A stretch of DNA of 64,000 nucleotides from an uncultured Spirochaetota bacterium (lineage in GTDB: Bacteria > Spirochaetota > Brevinematia > Brevinematales > JAOACQ01), in NCBI GenBank assembly GCA_963783575.1, contig CAWAOD010000013.1:32001-96000 (forward strand), in the 5' to 3' direction. Below, piece after piece: positions 1 through 8,679 of this stretch (the first letter of the stretch is position 1; each line of letters begins with the position of its first letter). The notes beneath the pieces were generated by a model that saw only the letters and a program-made list of their open reading frames with translations, was not told the DNA's origin and ran no database searches. Both the position numbers and the translations under genes were made by a program.

Positions 1-960
1 TAAAAACCATAGAGGTGTATAGCCAAGAAGCGTATAAATTAATGATAACTGCTGTCCTTCACGGGCATTGGGACAGATGGCGCCAATACCAACCGAGAGT
101 ACGGCAAATAATAAATAACCGAGAATAAAATAAACGGTTCCAAGGATAATAAAGTTTGCCGGTATTTGTATATTGCCGATAAAGCCGCTAAAAGAAGCTA
201 GAGCAAGGTTTAATAAAAGAGGAGCGGAGACCAGCCAGACTAAAACCTGCATAAGCCCCGCGGCTCCTAATGCCAGGACCTTACCGATAATTAATTGACG
301 GATGGAAACCGATGACAGCAATATCTCCATAATACGGTTCTCTTTTTCCTCTCCCAATCCATGGATCAAGTAGCTTGAAATGAACATCAGGGAAAAAGCA
401 AGCAGAAAGCTGAAAATTCCGGGTATTATGATATTTCCTATCCCGCTTTGTTCTTTGGCCTCTGTTCCGGTTTTTGTAAGACGGGTAATTTTCAGGTTCA
501 ATTGGGATTCTATCAGGGTAACAATATCCTGAGGTACTTTGCCTGTAAGGAGATTACCTGTAATAAAATTCTTAATTAAAGCTTTTACTTCAGGAGGAGT
601 ATCAACCTCTTTCTCAAGGGTATACCTGTGGATTGCCCCGCCTGTTAAAAAATCAGCCGGTATGATAAAATATTCCGAAATATCATTTTTGATTAGGGCT
701 TGAACTGCATCGTCCTTACTATCGAAATAAACGAGCTTTATGTTTCCCTGATCATTATTACTGCTGAATTTGCCGGTTCCGTCAACATATCCGACGGTCT
801 TTATTTTTATAGCCGGAGGCTTTGTAAATGCTGATACGAGCTGTCCGAAACCTATACCTAATAACACCAATAAAGGTACGATCAGGGTCATAATAATGAA
901 CCCGGCTCTTTTTACCGTATATAGAAATTCATGTTTGAAAATCAAATATGTTTTATTCAT
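1..960 (-). CDS. ABC-2 type transporter permease (NatB-like), 3' end runs off the window
   Basis: Not in the ORF track. ATG at 960 reads MNKTYLIFKHEFLYTVKRAGFIIMTLIVP...; overlaps the stop of the ABC ATPase gene; hydrophobic C-terminal half with EEKENRIMEILLSSVS-type motif. Confidence 0.85.
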   Translation of the reverse strand, partial: MNKTYLIFKHEFLYTVKRAGFIIMTLIVPLLVLLGIGFGQLVSAFTKPPAIKIKTVGYVDGTGKFSSNNDQGNIKLVYFDSKDDAVQALIKNDISEYFIIPADFLTGGAIHRYTLEKEVDTPPEVKALIKNFITGNLLTGKVPQDIVTLIESQLNLKITRLTKTGTEAKEQSGIGNIIIPGIFSFLLAFSLMFISSYLIHGLGEEKENRIMEILLSSVSIRQLIIGKVLALGAAGLMQVLVWLVSAPLLLNLALASFSGFIGNIQIPANFIILGTVYFILGYLLFAVLSVGIGAICPNAREGQQLSLIYTLLGYTPLWFL

Positions 961-1849
961 TTTTTTTACCTGCCAATTTTAAAAATATTTCATTAAGCGA
1001 AAGGGAAGCCATTTCAAAGCGGTTGATTTTAATTCCACGATTTAACAAATTTTGAAGAATCAGTTGAGGCGTTGTGTCCATATCCGGAATCAATTCAATA
1101 AAACCCTTCTGCTTCCTTATTTCTATTACACCCGGAATTTTGCCGGCTTCTCCCTCAATATCCACAAGAACAGAATGGTTTTTATATCCCGACTTGATTT
1201 CTTTCAGATTTCCGTATAGGACAGCTCTTCCATTGTTTATCATAAGTACGCGGTTGCAAAGTTCCTCAACGTCATTCATTTGATGCGTACTCAGTATTAT
1301 CGCTTTGCCCTGATCTCTCAAACTACCCAGCATTCGCTTCAATAAATCGGTGTTTACCGGGTCAAGACCGGAAAAGGGCTCATCCAGAATAATTAATTTT
1401 GGGTCGTGTATGATAGTAACAATTAATTGTATCATCTGACCCATACCCTTGCTCATTTCCTCAATCTTCATTTTTTTGTTCGCCTGCATACCGGTTTGAT
1501 TTAGCAGTTCATCGGCTTTGCTTTCAGCCGAATGCCTGTCAATGCCTTTAAGAGAAGCAAGGTAAATTATAAGATCAATAGCCGTCAGTTTTTTGTATAA
1601 GCCTCTTTCCTCCGGCAGGTAGCCGATTTGGTTCTTAATGTTTTCATTCATCAAATTGCCGAAGATTGTTATTCTGCCCGAATCCGGTTTGATAAAATCG
1701 AGTATCAGCTTGATGGTCGTGCTTTTACCGGCGCCGTTAGGGCCGATCAAACCTAAAATTTCTCCGGGCAAAACTGTAAAAGATATATCCCTGACTGCCT
1801 GTTTGCCTGAATAGGATTTGACTATGTGGTTGACTTCTACTGCTGCCAT
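953..1849 (-). CDS. ABC transporter ATP-binding protein
   Basis: Walker A GPNGAGKST, signature MSKGM, Walker B IILDEPFSGLDP, H-loop STH. Confidence 0.95.
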   Translation of the reverse strand: MAAVEVNHIVKSYSGKQAVRDISFTVLPGEILGLIGPNGAGKSTTIKLILDFIKPDSGRITIFGNLMNENIKNQIGYLPEERGLYKKLTAIDLIIYLASLKGIDRHSAESKADELLNQTGMQANKKMKIEEMSKGMGQMIQLIVTIIHDPKLIILDEPFSGLDPVNTDLLKRMLGSLRDQGKAIILSTHQMNDVEELCNRVLMINNGRAVLYGNLKEIKSGYKNHSVLVDIEGEAGKIPGVIEIRKQKGFIELIPDMDTTPQLILQNLLNRGIKINRFEMASLSLNEIFLKLAGKKNE

Positions 1850-1905
1850 TTCTGTTACTCCAATATTTTAAAATTTCAAAGTTTTGTATAATCCAACAAT
1901 CAATA

Positions 1906-2694
1906 TCAGGTATAAAAAAACTTAAAGAAAACAATAAGATTAAGTATCCATTTGCTGATTTGGGGGTATGCCTGCCGGATCAAATCTTTGATTTGAACCG
2001 ATGTTGCGGTGGTGGCATTTAGAATATATTTTCCCGTTGTATGCCCTCCCATTGCGACTACTCCATAGGCAACCCCGCCGCCGGATATTAAACCGAAGGC
2101 GAAGCCGCCAAATGCTGTAAGCCCGAAGACAATCCCTCCCGCAGCCAGTAATCCCGCGGCCACACCGCCAAACGCAATTATCCCTGCGGCAAAACCGCCG
2201 AAAGCAAGAAATCCGCCGCTGAAGGAACCGAAGGCGGCCAGCCCGACTGGAAACATACCGAAGCATAATCCTCCAAAACAGAATCTTCCAACCGCAATTG
2301 CGCCGATTGCCCGGTTACCGATTGCAATAATACCTCTGGCTGTGCCTGGTTTAGCATTCAGATGGCGGCGGAATTTAATATGAATAAGAGGCAGGCCAAA
2401 AATCTTTATTTTACTGCTGTATTCGAAGTAATCAGCCAGAAGCCTGCTGACTCTAAGACGTTCCCGTACCAGGCGTTCTATAACCTCACTTTTATTTTCG
2501 TAAACGGAATCCATAAACTCTACGGCCACTTCGGCAGGATTACCCATTTTATTGATTACAATATCTATGTCCTCATTTGATGAAGCTTCAGTGATATGCA
2601 AACGCAGGTCCTGCGCTATACGCTTTTTAAGCCCATCATCGACAACAAGACCGTCGATTACTCTATTAATAAAACCTTCAATCTTATTTTCCAT
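1906..2694 (-). CDS. Membrane protein with HAAS-like N-terminal helical domain and Gly-rich hydrophobic C-terminus
   Basis: Start set at ATG 2694 (RBS GAGGAGG). Motif DLRLHITE...INKMGNPAEVA, then IFGLPLIHI...ARGIIAIG and G-x-x-A-x-G repeats; directly downstream of PadR. Confidence 0.7.
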   Translation of the reverse strand: MENKIEGFINRVIDGLVVDDGLKKRIAQDLRLHITEASSNEDIDIVINKMGNPAEVAVEFMDSVYENKSEVIERLVRERLRVSRLLADYFEYSSKIKIFGLPLIHIKFRRHLNAKPGTARGIIAIGNRAIGAIAVGRFCFGGLCFGMFPVGLAAFGSFSGGFLAFGGFAAGIIAFGGVAAGLLAAGGIVFGLTAFGGFAFGLISGGGVAYGVVAMGGHTTGKYILNATTATSVQIKDLIRQAYPQISKWILNLIVFFKFFYT

Positions 2695-3046
2695 TTTCGG
2701 GTTCCTCCTCCAGAATAAGGTTAATTCCATTGATTAAACCATAAAGTCCGGAAATGAGCCTTGCAAGTTCCGCAGTTCCTTCCTTCGTAATCTGGTAATA
2801 TTTTCTCGGCACTGGTCGTTTTTCGATACCTCCGCGGTCAGGTTCTTCCCAAAGGCTTGTTATAAACCCGTCATCCTCAAGCCTGTATAAAACCGGGTAA
2901 AGAGTACCCTCTTTCATTTTGAAAACTCCTTTGCTTTTACCGTCAAGTTCCTGCAGGAGCTGATAACCGTACATTTTCTCACGGCTTAAAAGCTTCAAAA
3001 TCAGGATCTCAATAACTCCTTTCTTAAGCTGGCTGGAATCACCCAT
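2684..3046 (-). CDS. PadR family transcriptional regulator
   Basis: QLKKG...MYGYQL...EGTLYPVLYRLE...RKYYQIT. Confidence 0.95.
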   Translation of the reverse strand: MGDSSQLKKGVIEILILKLLSREKMYGYQLLQELDGKSKGVFKMKEGTLYPVLYRLEDDGFITSLWEEPDRGGIEKRPVPRKYYQITKEGTAELARLISGLYGLINGINLILEEEPENGK

Positions 3047-3057
3047 AAAACACCTAT

Positions 3058-3116
3058 TTATACAATATACTTAGTATAACTAAGTATATTGTATAATAAA
3101 TTATTAGACTTGTCAA
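3058..3116 (-). promoter_or_regulatory. Sigma70 promoter of padR overlapped by a perfect 18-bp inverted repeat (likely PadR operator)
   Basis: Minus strand TTGACA (3116-3111) - 17 nt - TACAAT (3093-3088); arms TTATACAATATACTTAGT 3058-3075 and ACTAAGTATATTGTATAA 3079-3096. Confidence 0.75.
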
Positions 3117-3322
3117 TAGTTTTATAAAATAATATTTTTTCCAGTATGTTTCAAAATACGGATATGATTAAACATTAATCATATAATAATTTATGTGCAT
3201 AATATTTATTCTTGATATAATAATAATGTATTATTATTATGCATTTTATAAATCATTAAATACCATGATATCATCATATCATATAGAGAGTTAGTATTAT
3301 TAATGGTTAATATATAATCATA

Positions 3323-3340
3323 TTGGCATAATATATGCAT
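3323..3340 (+). promoter_or_regulatory. Putative sigma54 (-24/-12) promoter of the APC-P-II operon
   Basis: TTGGCATAATATATGCAT: GG 3325-3326, N10, GC 3337-3338, about 40 nt upstream of ATG 3381. Confidence 0.65.
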
Positions 3341-3380
3341 TATAAATATATATATTAATTTCAGAAAAAAGGAGGACTTT

Positions 3381-5282
3381 ATGTCTGAAAGACAAATTAC
3401 GTCTAAACAAATAGTACCGTCGCTTGGTCTAATGGGCGCCGCTATGAATGCAATGGCGCTTATAGCGCCCGGAGCTTTTCTATGGATCACGTACCAGCTT
3501 CAGACCGCAGCAACGGACCCCAGCGGTGCTTCTGCCGCCCCTGATATGTGGGCGGGTATTCTGGTGGCTTTGGTTCTTGCTTTTTTAACGGCTCTTTCTT
3601 ATGCGGAAATGGCAAGGATCTATCCGGAGGCAGGCTTTGCCAGCTGCGCTTATTTTGCGGAAAAGGCTTTTCTCGATTCACGCAAGGAAAAACGTGCCGG
3701 GCCGACTTCACTGGCGCGGTTGTCCAAACTTGTTACCGGATGGGCAGCCCATCTTTTCTACTGGGTTTACCCCGGCGTTATGGTGGCTATGATGGCAACA
3801 CTTATCGGCTACATATATAATGCTGTGACAGGACAGACGCTTTCCATACCTGTGCTTACTGTAATCGGCGTTATTTTCGCATTTGTCACAGGTTATATAG
3901 CATACAGGGGAGTCACCGGTTCGACAAAAACTAATATTGCAATAAATATAATCCAGTGGGTAGCGATTATAGTGTTTAGCGGACTTGCAATATGGTACAG
4001 GATATCGAATCCTGAACATGCCGCAACGTGGTCTTTTAACGGAGGATTCGATATTATTAAGTTCCATAATATCAAAGGCGTTCTGGTTCAATCAACGATC
4101 GCAATCCTGATCCTTGTCGGTTTTGAAAGCGCAACGGCAATGTCCGCAGAGACAAAACAGCCAGGGAAAAATATCCCAAAAGCGATAATCCTGGCTCTTT
4201 TTGTCCAGGGTGTTATCGCATACCTTTTTGAATACTTTGCCGCAAATCTTATGGTCAGTGAAAAACTGACCGGGTCAGTTGCCGTAGCCGCAACAGCAAC
4301 AGCCGCGGTATCAACAAAAGTAGTGACCGGCTTTGACGCGCTTGCGGTTTCTTCCGCTCCTATCGGTGATATGAGCAGGCTTATCGGCGATCATCTGTTA
4401 GGAGGTATAGGTTTTGGGCTGATGATAATCATGGCAATAACCGTAGCAATAGCTGTTGTTGGGACAACTTTGAGCTGTATGAATACGGCAGTGCGTGTAA
4501 CAAACGGCCTGGCTGCCGACAGGGAACTCCCTGAATTTCTGAGCTTCATTCACCATGATAACAGGACTCCGCATACGACAATTTGGGTGCTGGTCGTTAT
4601 CTCCTGTATAATAGCCGCTATTGGAGTCCAATCGGTTGTAGGTTTGACGGGTATTACCCTGGCATCGAACTTCGGTACTTTTGTCCTGTACGGCCTGGTC
4701 TGCGTATGGACAATAATAGCTTTTAAAGACCGCAAGGACTTTAACCTTTTAAGGCATGGCCTTGTTCCAGGTTTTGGGCTTATACTTAACATTCTTATGC
4801 TTGCGGGAATAATATACCTTAACTTAACAGGCACTGCGGATAATAAAGCGGAGGCAAAAATATGCTTTTACATAGCGGGCGGTTTTGCGCTCTTGAGTTT
4901 CCTGTATGTAATGGTAACAACGGTTAAAAAGAATTATAGTATGAAAATGATTACTGCGATGATACGCCCCGAAAAACTGGGAATACTGGTTGCCGTATTA
5001 AAAGACGAATCGCTTGTCCAGGGTATGACCGTGACAAAGGTTAAAGGTTTCGGACGTTCATACGGCAAGATAGATCTAGATGAAGCAATTGATGAAAAAA
5101 TCAGTTTTGTCCCTAAAACACGGGTGGATATAGTAGTAAATGACTGGGATGTCCCACATGTTATGACAATAATGAAAGAAGTGTTAAAAACAGGAAAATC
5201 CGGTGACGGTAAAATCTTCGTAATCGACGCAAAGGAAGCCTTAAGGGTTTCCTCCGGCGAAACCGGCGTCGAAGCGGTATAG
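3381..5282 (+). CDS. APC-family amino acid permease fused to a C-terminal P-II domain
   Basis: About 12 TM segments with TM1 ALIAPGA and TM6 LVGFESA; last ~113 aa MKMITAMIRPEKL...VKGFGR...VPKTRVDIVV...TGKSGDGKIFV...RVSSGETG; RBS GGAGG. Confidence 0.92.
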   Translation: MSERQITSKQIVPSLGLMGAAMNAMALIAPGAFLWITYQLQTAATDPSGASAAPDMWAGILVALVLAFLTALSYAEMARIYPEAGFASCAYFAEKAFLDSRKEKRAGPTSLARLSKLVTGWAAHLFYWVYPGVMVAMMATLIGYIYNAVTGQTLSIPVLTVIGVIFAFVTGYIAYRGVTGSTKTNIAINIIQWVAIIVFSGLAIWYRISNPEHAATWSFNGGFDIIKFHNIKGVLVQSTIAILILVGFESATAMSAETKQPGKNIPKAIILALFVQGVIAYLFEYFAANLMVSEKLTGSVAVAATATAAVSTKVVTGFDALAVSSAPIGDMSRLIGDHLLGGIGFGLMIIMAITVAIAVVGTTLSCMNTAVRVTNGLAADRELPEFLSFIHHDNRTPHTTIWVLVVISCIIAAIGVQSVVGLTGITLASNFGTFVLYGLVCVWTIIAFKDRKDFNLLRHGLVPGFGLILNILMLAGIIYLNLTGTADNKAEAKICFYIAGGFALLSFLYVMVTTVKKNYSMKMITAMIRPEKLGILVAVLKDESLVQGMTVTKVKGFGRSYGKIDLDEAIDEKISFVPKTRVDIVVNDWDVPHVMTIMKEVLKTGKSGDGKIFVIDAKEALRVSSGETGVEAV

Positions 5283-5292
5283 GAGGCAGGAT

Positions 5293-5631
5293 ATGAAAAG
5301 AATAGAAGCTATCATCAGGCCCGAAAAAGCGGGCGCAGTGGTTACAACCCTTGATGCAGTAGGCCATCCCGGTATAATGATAAGTGAGATTGAAGGGCAT
5401 GGAAAACAGCATGGAATGGAAGATAATGTCCGCGGTAAAAAATATAAAATCGACCTGATCACTAAAACGCGAATAGAGATAATTGTAAAGGATTCTGATG
5501 TAAATAGGCTTGTCAAAGCCATACGTGATATCGCTGTCACAGGCGAGATCGGCGACGGTAAGATTTTTGTCCATCCCGTTGATGATGCGATAAGGATAAG
5601 GACCGATGAAAAAGGCGATGATGCCATATAA
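5293..5631 (+). CDS. P-II family nitrogen regulator (GlnB/GlnK-like)
   Basis: 112 aa; IIRPEK, EGHGKQ, RGKKY, K58-equivalent, TGEIGDGKIFV, IRIRT. Confidence 0.95.
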   Translation: MKRIEAIIRPEKAGAVVTTLDAVGHPGIMISEIEGHGKQHGMEDNVRGKKYKIDLITKTRIEIIVKDSDVNRLVKAIRDIAVTGEIGDGKIFVHPVDDAIRIRTDEKGDDAI

Positions 5632-5642
5632 ACCTTTAAGTA

Positions 5643-5679
5643 AAATACTCCGGGGTTTTGCCCCGGGGTATTTGTTTTT
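5643..5679 (+). terminator. Intrinsic terminator after the second P-II gene
   Basis: AAATACTCCGGGG-TTTTG-CCCCGGGGTATTT followed by GTTTTT. Confidence 0.7.
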
Positions 5680-5727
5680 AAATTTCAATATGAATTATTA
5701 TACAAATTTAGCAAACCGGAGGCGGGT

Positions 5728-6024
5728 ATGAAAAGAATAGAAGCTTACATCCGGCCTTCCCGTCTTTATGAATTGAAGAACAAATTGTTTAAAAACGGGT
5801 TTGTCAATTTAACTGTCATTGAAGCCGGGGAATTTAAATCCAGGGAAACAGAATTGAATGCGCTGGATACGACGATGGTTCCTAAAGTAATTGTAATCAT
5901 TCTGGTGGCCGATGATAAAAGGGTTGGATCGCTGCTTCAATTGATGCATTCGGTTTGTTTCGACGGTGAATGCGGCGACGGCAGGATACTGGTTGAAGAA
6001 ATTAAGGAATGGATTTCGGTGTGA
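5728..6024 (+). CDS. Divergent, truncated P-II-like protein
   Basis: MKRIEAYIRP...VPKVIV...GECGDGRILV; shortened T-loop, no C-loop; RBS GGAGG. Confidence 0.75.
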   Translation: MKRIEAYIRPSRLYELKNKLFKNGFVNLTVIEAGEFKSRETELNALDTTMVPKVIVIILVADDKRVGSLLQLMHSVCFDGECGDGRILVEEIKEWISV

Positions 6025-6026
6025 TT

Positions 6027-6863
6027 TTATTTTAAAGAATCCTTTCTCGCCGCTTCATACATCACAACGGCAAATGCGTTGGCGACATTCATGGAGTTCT
6101 TTACTCCCAGAAGAGGAATTTGTAAATATTGATCGCAAAGATTAAGGACATCCTCGGTTATCCCGAATTCCTCATTACCAAAGATGAAAGCCGTATTTTC
6201 AAATTTTTCAAACTCAAAAAGAGGGATTGAGTTTTCGACAGTTTCAACTGCCGCGATTTTATATCCCGAATCGCGGTAAAATTTTACTGCATTTGCTGTT
6301 TCCTTAAAATATTTCCATGGGACGGAATTGAGAGTTCCCATGGCGGTTTTTTCTAGCTTGATTGAAGGCGGATGAGGTGTTATACCGCAGAGGGCAATTT
6401 CACCTGTTCCCAGGCAGTCCGCGCTTCTAAAAATGCTGCCGGTATTGAAAGCAGAGCGGAGATTGTCCAGGATAGCAAATATCCGGAATCGTGCCGGGGG
6501 TTTAACAACGCCGGTATTACCGGAGTCAAACTGCTTGACATGAACCTCAAAGTCAGGTTCGTTTTTTGTTTTACCGATCAATTCGAGCAGTTCATAAAAG
6601 CAGAAATTCAGCCTCCCAATCTGCAGTTTTCTTCCCATAAGATTTTCAATATCATTGATATAACTGTTTATTATTTCCCCTGCTTTTAACAGTTGATTTT
6701 TATCCGGATCTTCACTGATATATTTCAGGTATGTTTTTATTTTATCCAGGTCTAATACATTTTTTTCAGCCAGAATGTTTTCTGTTTCGCGTACGCATTG
6801 TGTGATTTTATAAAGTTTCTGCTTTAAATTCAGGCTCTGGAAAAGAATCCCGCTGATCATCAT
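6027..6863 (-). CDS. TrmH/SpoU family RNA 2'-O-methyltransferase with N-terminal extension
   Basis: LDNLRSAFNTGSIFRSAD, IFGNEEFGI, IPLLGVKNSMNVA. Confidence 0.9.
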   Translation of the reverse strand: MMISGILFQSLNLKQKLYKITQCVRETENILAEKNVLDLDKIKTYLKYISEDPDKNQLLKAGEIINSYINDIENLMGRKLQIGRLNFCFYELLELIGKTKNEPDFEVHVKQFDSGNTGVVKPPARFRIFAILDNLRSAFNTGSIFRSADCLGTGEIALCGITPHPPSIKLEKTAMGTLNSVPWKYFKETANAVKFYRDSGYKIAAVETVENSIPLFEFEKFENTAFIFGNEEFGITEDVLNLCDQYLQIPLLGVKNSMNVANAFAVVMYEAARKDSLK

Positions 6864-6968
6864 GCTTCCTTTTTGAATAGATTGAATGGTTAGTTAATAC
6901 TTGACTATACAGCAAAACTATAAAAATTTTTAACTTCTCAGTCAATACTGGCTATTATTAATTTCTGT

Positions 6969-7112
6969 TTTACAGGAAGGCGGGAAGGCACGAAGTTTAT
7001 AATATTCAGATTAGTATAACATTTTCAATATTTAGAAAACAATATTTTTTTTTAATATACAATTTGATAATTGTAAATCCTCATTCTTCTTGCCTTACCG
7101 CCTTCCTGTAAA
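6969..7112. mobile_element. MITE-like element with 27-bp terminal inverted repeats
   Basis: TTTACAGGAAGGCGGGAAGGCACGAAG (6969-6995) vs CTTCTTGCCTTACCGCCTTCCTGTAAA (7086-7112), 2 mismatches, around an AT-rich noncoding core. Confidence 0.5.
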
Positions 7113-7132
7113 TTTAAGCCACCATAATACAA

Positions 7133-8080
7133 CTATACATTTGCATGTCCCCTGCCGTTGACAATAATAAAATTTTCGAGTTCGAGATAAGCGAAATCTT
7201 CATGCATGGATTTTATTTTCAACTCAATCTTCTTAACCAGTTCGAAAACCGCGCTGACAAATTTCATATCTACAAATCCAGCGTATGTTCCGAGCATTTT
7301 AACCTCAAAGGGCTTAATCTTCAAAATTTGTACAAGCTTACTTTTATCCCTAACGGCGAAATAACCCCACAAATGCCTAGCGGTCCTTAGAAGCATCGAG
7401 TTAAGACGGGTTAAAGGCTCTCCGGTGAGCCTCAAGTCGGACATCGCATTCAGCGCTTTTTTAAGATCGCGCATAAATATGCCTTCGATAAGATCAAAAA
7501 TATCCATATTCGGAGTTCTTGCAAGAAGTTTTCTGGCATCCTCAATTGCGACCTTTTTACTGTTTCGTGAAAAAGTTATGAGCATATTCAGCAGCAAATC
7601 CGCTTCCTCGCTGTCCTCATTGGCCATGGAAACTATAAAATCGGGAATCTCATCTTCAAATTCTATTGAATTTTCAGCGAGCTTTTCTCGAATATAACGG
7701 ATCAGCTCATTTTTATAGAGTTTTTTAAATTCGACGGTTTCACCGCCGATAGCCCTGACTCTTGAAATAATATCCGGGTTAACCTCCGGTGTAAGAATCC
7801 AGAGTGATGCGGCGGGATTTAAATGATCCATGTAATTATTTAATCTGTCCTCAAAATCATTTCTGGATTTTTCGGATAATACGTCCAGATTTTTTACAAC
7901 AACTATATTGTTTGAACTGAATAGCGAATCCTGGCCGCACTGGGAGAATATCTCATCGAAACCGGTTTCATCGGCATAATAGACGGTTATTTCTTCTTTT
8001 GAAAAGTTTTTCAAGTTTCTTGAAAGGAAATCACGTTTAAAGGCCTCATTTGGCCCTGTTAAAATAACTATTGGTTTCAT
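7133..8080 (-). CDS. holA: DNA polymerase III subunit delta
   Basis: Start set at ATG 8080 (MKPIVILTG); SLFSSNNIVVVKN and DIFDLIEGI segments, ~315 aa, downstream of an LptE-like gene (common lptE-holA order). Confidence 0.8.
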   Translation of the reverse strand: MKPIVILTGPNEAFKRDFLSRNLKNFSKEEITVYYADETGFDEIFSQCGQDSLFSSNNIVVVKNLDVLSEKSRNDFEDRLNNYMDHLNPAASLWILTPEVNPDIISRVRAIGGETVEFKKLYKNELIRYIREKLAENSIEFEDEIPDFIVSMANEDSEEADLLLNMLITFSRNSKKVAIEDARKLLARTPNMDIFDLIEGIFMRDLKKALNAMSDLRLTGEPLTRLNSMLLRTARHLWGYFAVRDKSKLVQILKIKPFEVKMLGTYAGFVDMKFVSAVFELVKKIELKIKSMHEDFAYLELENFIIVNGRGHANV

Positions 8081-8669
8081 TGGTAACACCTAAAAATTTA
8101 ACTTTGTCCGGCATCTTGGAATATTCAATCTGCCAGCCGTTTATAACGGCTTCGGTGGTATGCTTTGCGGCATTTTCCAGAACTACTTTTAATACGGTGT
8201 CGGGTTTGTAATAATTTGTATCCAGCACCAGAAGATCTTCAACAATGGTTTTATCATTTTGTAAGAATTTTTTATCACTGTCAATGACCGAATAGTTGAT
8301 TGTAAGTGTATATATCAAGCCGTCCAGGTTTGTCACCCTTTCCGCCGGCGATGTGAAATACGATTCAAGGCTTCCGCTGATAACAGCCTGAGCGTTCTGG
8401 ATTTTCTTCTCAACCGACAACCCGTTTTCAGCAAGATTGATTTTAAGGAGCCTGTCGAAATTGTTTTGAATCCTGGAATCTCCGATAAAATCTGTGAATA
8501 ATGTGACATAGACCTTATAAATGTTATCGGTTAACCCGGCGGTTTTTCCATGAATTTCTACAACATCATTGGTATAGATAGCCCTTTCTTCATTGTCTTT
8601 AACCGTTCTTCCGCAAGCTGTCAGTATTATAATAAAGCAAATTATTATATAATATTTTAAGAATTTCAT
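8046..8669 (-). CDS. Lipoprotein, LptE-like
   Basis: Lipobox LTAC-G; AQAVISGSLESY and YTLTINYSV beta segments; adjacent to holA. Confidence 0.55.
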   Translation of the reverse strand: MKFLKYYIIICFIIILTACGRTVKDNEERAIYTNDVVEIHGKTAGLTDNIYKVYVTLFTDFIGDSRIQNNFDRLLKINLAENGLSVEKKIQNAQAVISGSLESYFTSPAERVTNLDGLIYTLTINYSVIDSDKKFLQNDKTIVEDLLVLDTNYYKPDTVLKVVLENAAKHTTEAVINGWQIEYSKMPDKVKFLGVTNETNSYFNRAK

Positions 8670-8679
8670 ATTCAGCCGT

